Shown: piece by piece, positions 1 through 10,227 of the stretch
Layout: every line of letters starts with the position of its first letter
How positions within the stretch are numbered: the stretch's first letter is position 1
The notes under the pieces: generated by a model
The model's input: the letters and a program-made list of their open reading frames with translations, nothing else
Database searches by the model: none
Told to the model about the DNA's origin: nothing
Assembly (NCBI GenBank): GCA_963674865.2
Contig: CAXXYE010000004.1
Span: 672,001 to 736,000, forward strand
DNA length: 64,000 nt
Direction: 5' to 3'
DNA from: Candidatus Hydrogenedentota bacterium
GTDB taxonomy: Bacteria; Hydrogenedentota; Hydrogenedentia; Hydrogenedentales; SLHB01
Position numbers and translations under genes: made by a program

Positions 1-1
1 C

Positions 2-556
2 CTGGCTTTGGCCGTCCAGAATGGCGACCGACAGGCCTTCGAAGAGCTTGTCCACCGTCACCAGGGCCGCGTCTACGCGGTCGCGTACCGCATGACGTCG
101 AACCGGGAAGATGCGCTGGACGTGGCGCAGGAGGCATTCATCAAGGCCTTCCGCAAGATCCACGCGTGGCGGCCGACCGGCAGCTTCGTTACGTGGATGT
201 TGAAGGTGACGCGGAACCAGGCCATCGATCACATGCGCCGGCGCTCATCACGCCGGTTCGTGCGGCTTGACGAGCCGGAGCACGTTCAGGCGGGCGAGCA
301 GCTTGAAGGGACCGGCTCCCTGGACACCGAGCGCAATGTGCGCGCCAGAGAGATCGATGCGCGCGTCCAGAAGTCACTGGACGTGTTGTCGCCCACGCAG
401 CGAACGGTTTTTGTGCTTCGGCATTACGAAGGACTGCCGCTGGCCGACATAGCGCAAGTCCTCGGCTGTACGGTAGGGAGCGTGAAGGTCCACCTGTTTC
501 GTGCATTGAAGAAGCTTCGCAATGAACTGACCGACCTCTACCAAGGGGCGGAATAA
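2..556 (+). CDS. ECF RNA polymerase sigma-70 factor (SigW/RpoE-like), probably 5'-truncated
   Basis: Region 2 (AFEELVHRHQGRVY..DALDVAQEAFIKAF..SFVTWML) and region 4 (QRTVFVLRHYEGLPLADIAQVLGCTVGSVKVHLFRA); frame is open to the window edge. Confidence 0.93.
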   Translation: MALAVQNGDRQAFEELVHRHQGRVYAVAYRMTSNREDALDVAQEAFIKAFRKIHAWRPTGSFVTWMLKVTRNQAIDHMRRRSSRRFVRLDEPEHVQAGEQLEGTGSLDTERNVRAREIDARVQKSLDVLSPTQRTVFVLRHYEGLPLADIAQVLGCTVGSVKVHLFRALKKLRNELTDLYQGAE

Positions 557-575
557 CCGACAAGGAACACAGCCT

Positions 576-1586
576 ATGTGGGCATGCAGGAGCGCGCGCA
601 AGCTCATCGCCGCGGCGGCCTACTGCGACATAACACCCCGTGAGCGCGCACGCCTCGACAAACATCTCGAGCAATGCGCCGAGTGTCGTGCCGAGGCCCA
701 GGCTACTCAGGAGTTCGTGGCGGTGGTTCCAAAGACGCGTCCCGAACTCAACCACGACCTCGTTCCCGGCGTCCGCGCCCGGCTCGTCGAGGAAGCCGGA
801 CGTCAAGGCGCACGCCGGTGGCGGTTTGCTGTTGCCGGTGCTGTTTGCGCGCTTGCCCTCTTCGTAGTGATCTACGGCGCCTCAACGCGCGGCCCCCAAG
901 AGAAAGCCACGGAACCTGTTCTTGCGACAAACCCCTCACCCGTACAGCAAGCGCTGGGCCAAGCCCAACAACTGACCCAGGAGCACGAATACGCTGCCGC
1001 CTACCTGGCCCTTGCCAATACCCTCAAGACCCGGCCAGAGGATGCCGCCGCGGGACAGGCCCAGGTCGTCCTCGCCGATCTTCTCTTCAGCAAGTTGCAC
1101 CTCTACAAGGAAGCCTACAAGGCCTATGAAGCGCTGCTACGCCTTCATCCGGATGCCTATGAAGCAAGTCCGGACCGAGCCGAATTGGCCAGCCGATACA
1201 ACCTTCTTCGCGAGGCCAAGAGCACCGACTTCGAATCCTTGTATGCCTTGGACGCCGCACGCGACTTCACGGATCTCGAGCATGTCGTCGCCCGCTACCC
1301 GGCTACCTACGTCGCATCGCACGCCGCCGACCGAATGGCCCTCATGGTGGCTGCCGAGAGCGGATTCAACCAGCCGGAAGGCTATCTCACCGCCCTTGAG
1401 CAAGCCCGAGATGAGTGCACGCATCCCATCGCTGTCGCCCAGCTCAAGTGGGAGATGGGCTTGGTCTGCTGGAAGCAGCTTCACGAGCCGGGATTGGCAC
1501 GCGACCTGTTCGAACAGGTGAAGACGAGCGACAATACCGCTCTGGCCGAACTGGCCTCGAATGCCCTCCTGGACATGAGGCCCTAG
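576..1586 (+). CDS. Anti-sigma factor, zf-HC2 (ZAS) + TM helix + TPR-like periplasmic region
   Basis: HLEQCAEC (HxxxCxxC) motif, hydrophobic segment at about aa 84-101, directly after the ECF gene. Confidence 0.85.
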   Translation: MWACRSARKLIAAAAYCDITPRERARLDKHLEQCAECRAEAQATQEFVAVVPKTRPELNHDLVPGVRARLVEEAGRQGARRWRFAVAGAVCALALFVVIYGASTRGPQEKATEPVLATNPSPVQQALGQAQQLTQEHEYAAAYLALANTLKTRPEDAAAGQAQVVLADLLFSKLHLYKEAYKAYEALLRLHPDAYEASPDRAELASRYNLLREAKSTDFESLYALDAARDFTDLEHVVARYPATYVASHAADRMALMVAAESGFNQPEGYLTALEQARDECTHPIAVAQLKWEMGLVCWKQLHEPGLARDLFEQVKTSDNTALAELASNALLDMRP

Positions 1587-1850
1587 GGTGCGGCCAGAAA
1601 GCCACCGAATGACGAGGCCCAAGAGTCCTGGACGTTGAGATAGAAGCACTTACAAGTGCTTTCTGGCCGCACCCCGCCAGGAACCGCGCCTTCAGGCTGG
1701 AACTGTGAGCGGCCCTGCCGTATTGACTCGTATAAGCCCGTGATAGCCGCTAGGAAATCGCGGCCGGAACCGGCGTCTTGCGGGCGACCAGTCCGTGTGA
1801 TAACATACTGATAAATAACGAGTTCGTCGCAGCCGACAGGAGTAATTGAC

Positions 1851-3599
1851 GTGGTTGGCGAAAGGGCTTTCGAAAAGCAGTTGATCCGAGATAAGCTGGT
1901 TGACGAGACCCGCTTGGCCAGCGCCAAGGCAGAAGCCCAGAAGAACGATGTCCGGCTGATTGACGCCATTGAGCAAATGGGCTACGCCACGGCCGAAGAC
2001 CTCTACAGAAGCCTCGCCGACTTCTGCCAGTTTCGCTTCGTGTCGCCCTCGAAGTTGGTCGACGGCGCCTCCAAACTCAAAGACACCGTCCCGGCCCGGT
2101 TCGCTACACACTACGGATTCGTTCCCGTCGAGGAGAATAACGGCGCCCTCGTCGTAGCGGTGAGCGATCCTCTCAACGCGCAACTGCTGGACGACATCCG
2201 CCTCGTCCTCAAGCGGCGCGTCGAGGCGGTCGTGGCCACGCCGACGGAGATCGAACGGGCAATCAAGATTTTGTACGGCGTCGGCGCCGACACCATGGAG
2301 CGCATCCTCAGCGATAACGAAACCAGCGCCGTCGTCAGCCTGGACGCCGCCCCTATCAGCGCCGACCTGGGCGATGAGAAGATCGATGCCTCCATCATCA
2401 AGTTCGTCAACGAACTCCTCCAAGAAGCCATCGAAGCCGGCGCCACCGACATCCACGTCGAGCCGTTCGAGGACGAGTTGCGCGTGCGCTACCGCATCGA
2501 CGGCGTACTCCACCAGATTCCCACACCGCCGAGTATTCGCGGCTTCCAACCCGCCATCGTCTCGCGTGTCAAGATCATGGCCAACCTCAATATCGCCGAG
2601 AAGCGCCTGCCGCAAGACGGCAAAATCCTCGCATCCTTGGGGGACGAGAAATACGACCTCCGCGTCTCCATTCTGCCGACGCCGCACGGCGAGACGGTCA
2701 ATATCCGCATCTTGAGCCGCTCATCGATGTTCCTCACGCTTGAGCAGTTGGGCTTTCAGACTGATGAACTCACGGCATTCAACACCTTCCTCCAGCGGCC
2801 CCACGGCATTATTCTCGTTACCGGCCCCACCGGCAGCGGCAAAACCACGACCCTCTACGCCTCCCTGAGCAAACTCAACAAGCTCGACCGCAAGATCATC
2901 ACCATTGAGGACCCCATCGAGTACCAGCTCAAAGGTATCAGTCAGATGCAGATTCTCCCGCAGATCGGATTCGATTTCGCCTACGGCCTGCGCTCCATGC
3001 TTCGCCACGATCCCGACATCATGATGGTCGGCGAGATTCGCGATCACGAAGCCGCGGAAATGGCCATCCGCTCCAGCCTGACAGGCCATCTCGTCTTCAG
3101 CACGCTCCACACCAACGACGCCGCCGGCGCCGTCACCCGACTGGTAGACATGGGCATCGAGCCCTTCCTCATCGCCAGCACCATCATCGCCACCACCGCG
3201 CAGCGCCTCGTGAGGCGCGTCTGTGAACACTGCCAGGAGGCCTACGAACCCGAAGAGCACGCCCTGCGGGAACTTGCCTTCACACGGCAACAGGCCGAAA
3301 GCGCTACATTCCGCCGCGGGCGCGGCTGTGAACAGTGCCGCCACACCGGCTACCGCGGCCGCGTCGCCATTTGCGAGATCCTGCCCTTCACCAATCCCAT
3401 CAAGGAACTTACCGTGCAGCGCGCGCCCTCGACGGAGATCAAGCGCAAAGGCCACCAACTGGGCATGAGAACGCTGCGCGAATCCGGCCGAGTGCGCGCA
3501 TGCCAGGGCATTACGACCATCGAAGAAGTCCTGCGCGTCACCTCCGACACCGACGTCATCGATGCCGTGGAGGCGGGCGATGCCGCAGTATCAGTATGA
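1851..3599 (+). CDS. gspE: Type II secretion ATPase GspE/PilB family
   Basis: Walker A GPTGSGKTT, TIEDPIEY, LRHDPDIMMVGEIRD, GHLVFSTLHTND, two CxxC zinc motifs. Confidence 0.95.
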   Translation: MVGERAFEKQLIRDKLVDETRLASAKAEAQKNDVRLIDAIEQMGYATAEDLYRSLADFCQFRFVSPSKLVDGASKLKDTVPARFATHYGFVPVEENNGALVVAVSDPLNAQLLDDIRLVLKRRVEAVVATPTEIERAIKILYGVGADTMERILSDNETSAVVSLDAAPISADLGDEKIDASIIKFVNELLQEAIEAGATDIHVEPFEDELRVRYRIDGVLHQIPTPPSIRGFQPAIVSRVKIMANLNIAEKRLPQDGKILASLGDEKYDLRVSILPTPHGETVNIRILSRSSMFLTLEQLGFQTDELTAFNTFLQRPHGIILVTGPTGSGKTTTLYASLSKLNKLDRKIITIEDPIEYQLKGISQMQILPQIGFDFAYGLRSMLRHDPDIMMVGEIRDHEAAEMAIRSSLTGHLVFSTLHTNDAAGAVTRLVDMGIEPFLIASTIIATTAQRLVRRVCEHCQEAYEPEEHALRELAFTRQQAESATFRRGRGCEQCRHTGYRGRVAICEILPFTNPIKELTVQRAPSTEIKRKGHQLGMRTLRESGRVRACQGITTIEEVLRVTSDTDVIDAVEAGDAAVSV

Positions 3600-4791
3600 G
3601 GTCAAGAAGGGCCCGGGTGAGGTCAACACCGGCGTCCTCGAAGCCGAAAGCCGCCGTGCCGCCGTCGGCCGCCTGCGCGATATGGGCTATTTCCCCATCA
3701 AGGTCGAGGAATATGTCTCGAAGGAGCAGGCGGACGCCCTGAAGCAGGCCCTCAAGCGCGTGGGCCTCAAAGATCGCAACGTCTTCTTCCGCCAACTCGC
3801 GAACCTGCTCGAATCCGGCATGCCCATTTCCCGCGCCCTCACCACGCTCGTCGAGCAAACCAAGAATCCCAAGCTCCGCACCATCATCGAGCAACTCCGC
3901 GATGACGTTCAACGCGGCAGCGCCCTCGCCGAAGCCATGGAACGCCATCCCAAGGTCTTCCCGGCCACCTACACCAGCCTCGTGCGCGCAGGCGAGTCCG
4001 GCGGCGTTATCGAGGACGTGCTATGGCGGATCGTCGCCTTTGGCGAACAGGAGGAAGAACTTCGGGGAAAAGCCGTGGGCGCCTTGATCTACCCTTGCTT
4101 CCTCATGGTGGTGGGCGGCATCGCCATCTTCATCCTTGTGTCGTTTGTATTTCCCAAGCTGATGGGCGTCTTCGAGGACTTTCAGGCGTCCCTGCCCTGG
4201 CCCACCGTCGTCGTTATGGCTTTCTGCTCTTTCATGGGCAAGTTTTGGTGGGCCGTGCTTATAGCGCTAGGCTTAGGAGCGGCGGGGATAGTCTCATTCG
4301 CTCGGAGTGAGAACGGACGGCGCACTCTCGACACCATCACGCTCAGCCTGCCCGTCGTCGGCGATGTGGTGCAGAAATACGAAATGGCCAAGTTTGCCCG
4401 CGTGCTCGGGACGTTGGTCGATAATGGCGTCCCGATTCTCAGCGCGCTCAAGATCACGGTTGATACCCTCAGCAACACCCTTATCATCGAGGAAATCACC
4501 GCGACCCGCGAACGAATCGCCGAGGGCGACAGCCTGAGCGAGAGTCTGCATGGTGCGGAGCATTTTCCCCCGATGGTCGTAAGCATGTTCGCCGTGGGCG
4601 AGGAAAGCGGCAGGCTCGGAACCGTAACCCGGCGCATTGCCGACGCTTATGACACCGAGGTGGACCGCGCCGTCAAGGCCATGGCCGCCCTTTTCGAGCC
4701 GCTGCTCATCGTGGTGATGGGCGTCGTCATCGGCTTTCTCGTTATAGCCATGCTCTTGCCTATGCTGAGCCTCAGCGCGCAGGTGGGATGA
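3580..4791 (+). CDS. gspF: Type II secretion inner membrane platform protein GspF/PilC
   Basis: FFRQLANLLESGMP, AGESGG, VGEESGRL, LFEPLLIVVMG; start placed at ATG 3580. Confidence 0.95.
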   Translation: MPQYQYEVKKGPGEVNTGVLEAESRRAAVGRLRDMGYFPIKVEEYVSKEQADALKQALKRVGLKDRNVFFRQLANLLESGMPISRALTTLVEQTKNPKLRTIIEQLRDDVQRGSALAEAMERHPKVFPATYTSLVRAGESGGVIEDVLWRIVAFGEQEEELRGKAVGALIYPCFLMVVGGIAIFILVSFVFPKLMGVFEDFQASLPWPTVVVMAFCSFMGKFWWAVLIALGLGAAGIVSFARSENGRRTLDTITLSLPVVGDVVQKYEMAKFARVLGTLVDNGVPILSALKITVDTLSNTLIIEEITATRERIAEGDSLSESLHGAEHFPPMVVSMFAVGEESGRLGTVTRRIADAYDTEVDRAVKAMAALFEPLLIVVMGVVIGFLVIAMLLPMLSLSAQVG

Positions 4792-4952
4792 CCATGTCAG
4801 AATTCGGAGACCCCAACGCGTTACCGTAACAAGTGGCCAGCGGGGCTCCGGTGGCTAGGGAGTGGAAGTCCCTTTAGGGACGTGACAAACAGGATAGAAA
4901 AGGCGGCAGTCTCTACTACGGGATTCGAGACGCCTATTGCTCGGAGGTCCTC

Positions 4953-5336
4953 ATGCACGAAACCAGCGGATTCACCCTGATCGAACTCATCCTTGTCACC
5001 GTCATCATCGGTATCCTTGCCGGAATGGTGGTCGTGACCTTTGTCGGCCGCGCCGAGGAGGCCCGCATCAAAGCCGCCAAAGGCGATATCATGAGCTACC
5101 AGAACGCCATCGACCTGTACGCCCTCGACCACAATGACAAATACCCCCGCGCCCTCAAGGATCTCATCGGCGGCGAGCGGCCTTACCTTCGAGACTACAA
5201 GAAGGACCCGTGGGGAAACGATTACATCTACGAGGTGCCCGGCAAGGTACACAAGGCCAGTTACGACCTCTATTCCGCGGGCCCCGACAATAGCCCCGGC
5301 ACCGAAGATGACGTAAAGCCCTGGGAAGAAGAGTAA
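4953..5336 (+). CDS. gspG: Major pseudopilin GspG
   Basis: Prepilin site G|FTLIEL; DPWGNDYIY..PG and YSAGPD..GTEDD signatures; GGAGG RBS. Confidence 0.93.
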   Translation: MHETSGFTLIELILVTVIIGILAGMVVVTFVGRAEEARIKAAKGDIMSYQNAIDLYALDHNDKYPRALKDLIGGERPYLRDYKKDPWGNDYIYEVPGKVHKASYDLYSAGPDNSPGTEDDVKPWEEE

Positions 5337-5353
5337 TCCCCCGGGAAGCTTCC

Positions 5354-5899
5354 ATGGCGCCCCCTGTCCACATAGGCCCCGCGCGCGCAAACGCACACGC
5401 GGCGGCCGGCCGTGGCTTCTCGCTTCTTGAACTCATCGTCGTGCTCGCCTTGCTCGGCATCATGACCGCGGCTGTCGTCCCCATCTACGCCGGCTCTCTC
5501 GAGTTCGTTCGGAGCGATCACGCCGTCCGCGAAATCATCGCCCTCATCCGCTACGCCCAGGAACGCGCCATCATCGACGTCGCCGAATACCGCTTGTACA
5601 TCCAACCCCGGGAGGGGGCCTACTGGCTCGCCCGCGAGCAGTACGACGCGGATCGACGCAGGCTCTTCGCTGAACTCGACGAAACCGTCGGGCGCGCAGT
5701 TCACTTGGCCCCCAAGGTGGCCTTCCTCGAACCCAATGCTCGCACCGACATTGAATTCAGGACCCCCACGTATTGTGTGGCCTTCTACCCGAACGCCTCC
5801 TCCGACTTCGCCGTCATCACCTTGCTGCGCGACGACGGGCGCACGTTCGAGATCGCCGTGGGCGGCGCGCTGGGGCGCATTGAGGTGTCGGAGCAATGA
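5354..5899 (+). CDS. gspH: Minor pseudopilin GspH/FimT-like
   Basis: G|FSLLELIVVL N-methylation motif; FYPN near the C-terminus; position in operon. Confidence 0.8.
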   Translation: MAPPVHIGPARANAHAAAGRGFSLLELIVVLALLGIMTAAVVPIYAGSLEFVRSDHAVREIIALIRYAQERAIIDVAEYRLYIQPREGAYWLAREQYDADRRRLFAELDETVGRAVHLAPKVAFLEPNARTDIEFRTPTYCVAFYPNASSDFAVITLLRDDGRTFEIAVGGALGRIEVSEQ

Positions 5900-6357
5900 C
5901 GCGGCGCACACGAAAGCGCGGCTACATCCTCGTCGAGGCCCTCGTCGCCATGACGGTACTCTCGATTGCGGGATTCGTCATTCATCGCTCCATCAGCGAG
6001 GCCATCATGATGCGCGGATACGCCAGGGACTATACTCAGGCGCGCTTCCTGGTCGAAAAGGTCGTTGCCGACCTCGATGTCCAGCCTCTCCTAAAGCTAC
6101 GCTCCGAATCCGGCTCGTTCGACGGCCGGTTCTCTCGCTTCCGATACGAATGGACCGTATCCAGGATAACACTGCCCTTGCCGCCCATTCCCCCGAAACT
6201 CAAGCCAGAGAAGAAGCCGAAGTTGCCCATCGCCCAACTCGGCAAGATCTCCGCCAGCGTCACCTGGACCCGCTCCGGCAAGACCTACTCCGAAACGGTG
6301 GAGACCCTCTTCGACGCCAGACGGCTCTTCGACCCGAGGCCCCAGAATGAAGAGTGA
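5896..6357 (+). CDS. gspI: Minor pseudopilin GspI-like
   Basis: RKRG|YILVEALVAM prepilin-like motif; ATGA overlap with the previous gene. Confidence 0.75.
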   Translation: MTRRTRKRGYILVEALVAMTVLSIAGFVIHRSISEAIMMRGYARDYTQARFLVEKVVADLDVQPLLKLRSESGSFDGRFSRFRYEWTVSRITLPLPPIPPKLKPEKKPKLPIAQLGKISASVTWTRSGKTYSETVETLFDARRLFDPRPQNEE

Positions 6358-7102
6358 CACCTTACGCCAACGGGCGGGATTCACCCTCGCCGAGCTGCTC
6401 GTCGCAAGCACGGTGATCTCCATCGTCATGGCCGCGCTATACACGACCTTCAACACCTCAATCCGCACCTGGCGGAGGGCGGAGGTCGATTTGCACGTCT
6501 ACCAGGACGCCCGTATCGCCCTCGAGGTCATCGGCCGTGAGCTTCAGGGCAACTACACACCCGCCCAGCATCTCTTCGAAGGAACCGCCCGTGAACTTCA
6601 ATTCTTCGCCATCGTACCACCCCTTAATCTCGAAGACGGCCCCGCGCCGCGCGTTATGTGGATACACTACCGCCTTGCCGGCAAGATCGGCAGCCCCACC
6701 ATGGAACTCGTGCGCGAGGAGGCCATTCTCACGGGAGCTATCCCCGGTATGCCGCCCAAGGATCAGATAATCGATATCGAGAAAATCCCCAAGGCGCCGA
6801 TGCACAGTTTCGTCTTGGCACGCGACGTACTCGACTTCCAGGTGCGCTACCATTGGGCGCCCGTTATCCGTCAGGGCCGCTTCGACCGCGACAATCCGCC
6901 CCCCAATTGGTTTGACATCGTCCGCATGACCTACCACAGGCAGAAGTGGGGTGTCCCTCAAGCCGTCGAGGTCGTCCTCACCCTGGCCGACCCCGCCTCC
7001 GAGAGCGGCCGGACCTCCTTCACGGAACTCACGGCCTTCAACGGCCCCACGCGGCGGGTGGACATCCTCAAAGAAGCCCGCCTGGTGGAGGAGGCGTCAT
7101 GA
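6347..7102 (+). CDS. gspJ: Minor pseudopilin GspJ-like
   Basis: AG|FTLAELLVA motif; PQAVEVVL C-terminal pattern; position in operon. Confidence 0.8.
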   Translation: MKSDTLRQRAGFTLAELLVASTVISIVMAALYTTFNTSIRTWRRAEVDLHVYQDARIALEVIGRELQGNYTPAQHLFEGTARELQFFAIVPPLNLEDGPAPRVMWIHYRLAGKIGSPTMELVREEAILTGAIPGMPPKDQIIDIEKIPKAPMHSFVLARDVLDFQVRYHWAPVIRQGRFDRDNPPPNWFDIVRMTYHRQKWGVPQAVEVVLTLADPASESGRTSFTELTAFNGPTRRVDILKEARLVEEAS

Positions 7103-8028
7103 GAAGACGCCACCAAGAAGGCTTCGTGCTTGTCTGCGTTCTATGGATCCTCGCGATTCTCACCGTCATCAGTGTCGGCTTCGGGCGCCGCGCGTGGATG
7201 GAGGCCCGGGCCGCCTCCCTTGAAATGGACCACCTCCAGGCCAAGTACTGGGCACGCTCGGCCGCCGTCCGCGGATTGGCCGCCCTCCAAAACAAAGCCA
7301 CCGTAGACACACTCCAAGGCAAGATCCTGCGCACCAGCTACGACCAGCAGTGCTTCAATCCAAAGGACATGCTGGAGGAAGGCATCTACTTCGCGGCGTC
7401 GGAAGACCCGGAATTCGAGAACGATGCATGCATCTACGTCATCCGCGACGAGGAAAGTCGCATCTCCGTCAATCACGCTCCCATGGTCGTGCTCAAGAAG
7501 ATAAACGGCTTCAACATGAAGGTGATCAACGCCATCAAACAGCGACGGGGCCTCGAGCGGAGGGGAAGGCCCCCACATGCCTTTCTCACTATCGAGGAAG
7601 TCCACGATCTCGGCATTGACGACGACATCTGGTATGGAAACGAGGACACGCCCGGAGTGCGAGAGCTTCTTACCGTGCGAGGGGACGGCTACGTCAACCT
7701 CAATACGGCCTCGGCCGACGTCCTGCGCTGCCTCCCCGAAGTACCCGATAACATCATTGACGCCATCATCGAGTACCGTGACGGCGACGACGACATCCTA
7801 GGCACTGAGGACGACCACGCATTCCGCGATTTCGGCGCCGTACTCAAGAAGGTGAAAATCACCGGTAAACCCTTTTGGGCTTTGCAGCGTTTTTGCAAGT
7901 ATACAAGCAGCTTCTATACAATCACCGGGTTTGCCACGAGGCGGCAGGGGAAGGTGCGCGCCTACTGCACCCCCGAGGTCGCGGAAACAAGCCTGACGCA
8001 ATGGAAGGAAGGCGCGAGTGCCTGGTAA
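7099..8028 (+). CDS. gspK: Minor pseudopilin GspK
   Basis: G|FVLVCVLWIL lacking Glu+5, DEESRISVN and VNLNTASADVL motifs; ATGA overlap gives start 7099. Confidence 0.88.
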   Translation: MRRRHQEGFVLVCVLWILAILTVISVGFGRRAWMEARAASLEMDHLQAKYWARSAAVRGLAALQNKATVDTLQGKILRTSYDQQCFNPKDMLEEGIYFAASEDPEFENDACIYVIRDEESRISVNHAPMVVLKKINGFNMKVINAIKQRRGLERRGRPPHAFLTIEEVHDLGIDDDIWYGNEDTPGVRELLTVRGDGYVNLNTASADVLRCLPEVPDNIIDAIIEYRDGDDDILGTEDDHAFRDFGAVLKKVKITGKPFWALQRFCKYTSSFYTITGFATRRQGKVRAYCTPEVAETSLTQWKEGASAW

Positions 8029-9505
8029 GACCAACGCCATCAGTATCTTGCAGGTCAACGACCATCTCATCTCCTGGGTGAGGGCGCGTCGGACGTCGAA
8101 TGGCGTGGCCATCCTCGATTTGCAGCAAGAGCGTGGCGCCTGGAACCTCGAAGACGGCTCCCTCGAAGCCGCCCTCAAAGCCTTTGTCGCCAAACACCCC
8201 ATTGCCAACGATGCCGTCTACACCGTCCTGCCCAGGCACGTCATCACCTCGCGGATCATCTGCCTACCCTCGCAAGAGCCCAGCGAGATCAGCGCCATGA
8301 TCCGCCTCAGCGCCGAGGAATATGTGCCCTTCCGCGTCCAGGAACTCGTCATCGACGAATGCGTACTGCGCACAACTCCAGACGGGCAGGCGTGGGTCTT
8401 GGCCGTCTTCGCGCAACGGGATGTCGTGGACGAGCACGTGAACCTTCTCAAGAGCGTCGGACTTCAGCCCGAAAAGATCCTCTTAAGCACCGCGTGCCTT
8501 GCCTCCGCTGCCCTCGCCGCCCGCGCCAACGCTACTGAGCGATACGCCGTCGTCAATCTGGCCGCCGGTGGCCTCGAAGCCATCGTCATAAGCGGAAACC
8601 GGCTGGAATACGGCCGCGGCGTCGCCACCGGCCAAGACTGGCCGGGCGATGGCGCGACCCATGAACCCATTATCGACGAGTTGGCCGGCGAGGTGCGCGC
8701 ATCGATGGCCGCCTATCAGCGCGAATCGGAAGATGGCGCCTCGGTGGAGCGCGTTTTCGTCTCGTCGGACGCCCTCGGCCTCGGTGCGTTCGCCGATTCC
8801 TTGACAGTTCCCGTCGACTGCCCGTGCGTCCCCGCCGAGTTCGGCCGCGAGATCACCGCGCGTCAGGAATCGGCCGTCACGGATGTGCCTCCAGTGCTTC
8901 TGGGCGCCGCCCTTGCGGCCCAAGGGCGGGCCGCCGTCTCCATAGACCTGACGCCCGAATGGCTCACGCAAGCACGTTCCCGGGCACGTGCGAGACAGCG
9001 CGTCGCCCGCATGGCCATTGTGGCCGGGGCATTCCTGCTTGGTGTGCTCGGCCTCTATGCCCAGGCCGTCCACCAGCGAAAGGCCTACATCAAAGAACTC
9101 GAGCAGCGGATCGCCGCGGTGGCCCCGGAAGCAACCGGCATTATCGCGAAGCGCCGTCAGTTGGGAATCCTGAGGCAGCAAGTAGACCGGAGCGCTTCGG
9201 TACTCGAGTTGTTGAGCGCCCTATGTTCCCTCGCTCCGGATGAAGGCATGAACATCACACGCTTCGCCTACAAACGCGGCGCCGAGATCCAGGTAAGCGG
9301 CCGTGCGCTCAGCCGGGCCATCGTCGATAGTCTGTCCGAGCGACTCCGCGAATTCGGACAAGCCGGACTGCCGCAGTTCGCCCACGCAAATGTCCTCTAC
9401 ATGACCAATCAAACCGAACGCGGCAAGCCCGTCGTCGATTTCGCCATCGAGATGCCCCTCAAAGCCGGCGAAGACGACGCGAGTGGGGGACAGGCCGGTG
9501 AATAG
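8018..9505 (+). CDS. GspL-like (PilM-like cytoplasmic domain + TM + PilN-like domain)
   Basis: SAEEYVPF PilM/GspL motif, IDLTP linker, TM at about aa 330-348, coiled coil then ferredoxin-like IQVSGRA region. Confidence 0.75.
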   Translation: MPGKTNAISILQVNDHLISWVRARRTSNGVAILDLQQERGAWNLEDGSLEAALKAFVAKHPIANDAVYTVLPRHVITSRIICLPSQEPSEISAMIRLSAEEYVPFRVQELVIDECVLRTTPDGQAWVLAVFAQRDVVDEHVNLLKSVGLQPEKILLSTACLASAALAARANATERYAVVNLAAGGLEAIVISGNRLEYGRGVATGQDWPGDGATHEPIIDELAGEVRASMAAYQRESEDGASVERVFVSSDALGLGAFADSLTVPVDCPCVPAEFGREITARQESAVTDVPPVLLGAALAAQGRAAVSIDLTPEWLTQARSRARARQRVARMAIVAGAFLLGVLGLYAQAVHQRKAYIKELEQRIAAVAPEATGIIAKRRQLGILRQQVDRSASVLELLSALCSLAPDEGMNITRFAYKRGAEIQVSGRALSRAIVDSLSERLREFGQAGLPQFAHANVLYMTNQTERGKPVVDFAIEMPLKAGEDDASGGQAGE

Positions 9506-10214
9506 CTATTGGCAGAAGATCTCACCTCGTGAGCGGCGGCTTGTCGTCATCACGGGCGCCTTGATCCTTGTTGCCTTCGTCTACCTGATCGGCCTGGGAG
9601 CCGTATCGCGCCTCCGCGCACTCGACCGCACCGTAGAGCAACTCGAAGATCAGGTTCTCTCCTACAAAGCCCAAATCGCCGTAAGCAAAGAGGTCGATGC
9701 CGCCTATGACAGGATTGCCTCCCAACACTCGAGCACATGGACGGAGGCCCAGATCTTCGACCGCCTGTTTCAGGAGATCTACCGGCTCGCTCTGAAGAAC
9801 CCGCCCGAACTCGGTAGCCAGGAGAAAATGACCGCCCACAAGCCGGCAGACTATCTCGTGATCATTCCCTCTCTCAGACAAGGTTCCCTTAACGAGGAAC
9901 AGGAGGATTGGCGAGAGTACACCATCAAGGTCAAGCCGAATCCAACCGACTTGAAGAGCATCACCGCATTCCTGCAGCGCATTATGGAAAGCCCACAGGC
10001 CCTTCGTGTTGACGCACTCGAACTCTCCCGCCCCGTGAGCAAGAACGACGTGGGCGCAGTGCTCGACGTCACCCGTACCGTGGTAGACGGCATCGCGGAA
10101 CTCCAGGATAATAGCGAAAGCGGGCAAGCCCGCGCGCAAGGCGTTGCCGAGTGCCTCGCAGTGGCAAGCGCTCCCGCGGCACTCGCCGGCCCGCCAAGCA
10201 CACGGCCGAATTAA
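9498..10214 (+). CDS. GspM/PilO-like protein
   Basis: ISPRERRLV + TM N-terminus; FLQRIMESPQALRVDALEL. Confidence 0.7.
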   Translation: MNSYWQKISPRERRLVVITGALILVAFVYLIGLGAVSRLRALDRTVEQLEDQVLSYKAQIAVSKEVDAAYDRIASQHSSTWTEAQIFDRLFQEIYRLALKNPPELGSQEKMTAHKPADYLVIIPSLRQGSLNEEQEDWREYTIKVKPNPTDLKSITAFLQRIMESPQALRVDALELSRPVSKNDVGAVLDVTRTVVDGIAELQDNSESGQARAQGVAECLAVASAPAALAGPPSTRPN

Positions 10215-10227
10215 CGCAGAAGATAGT

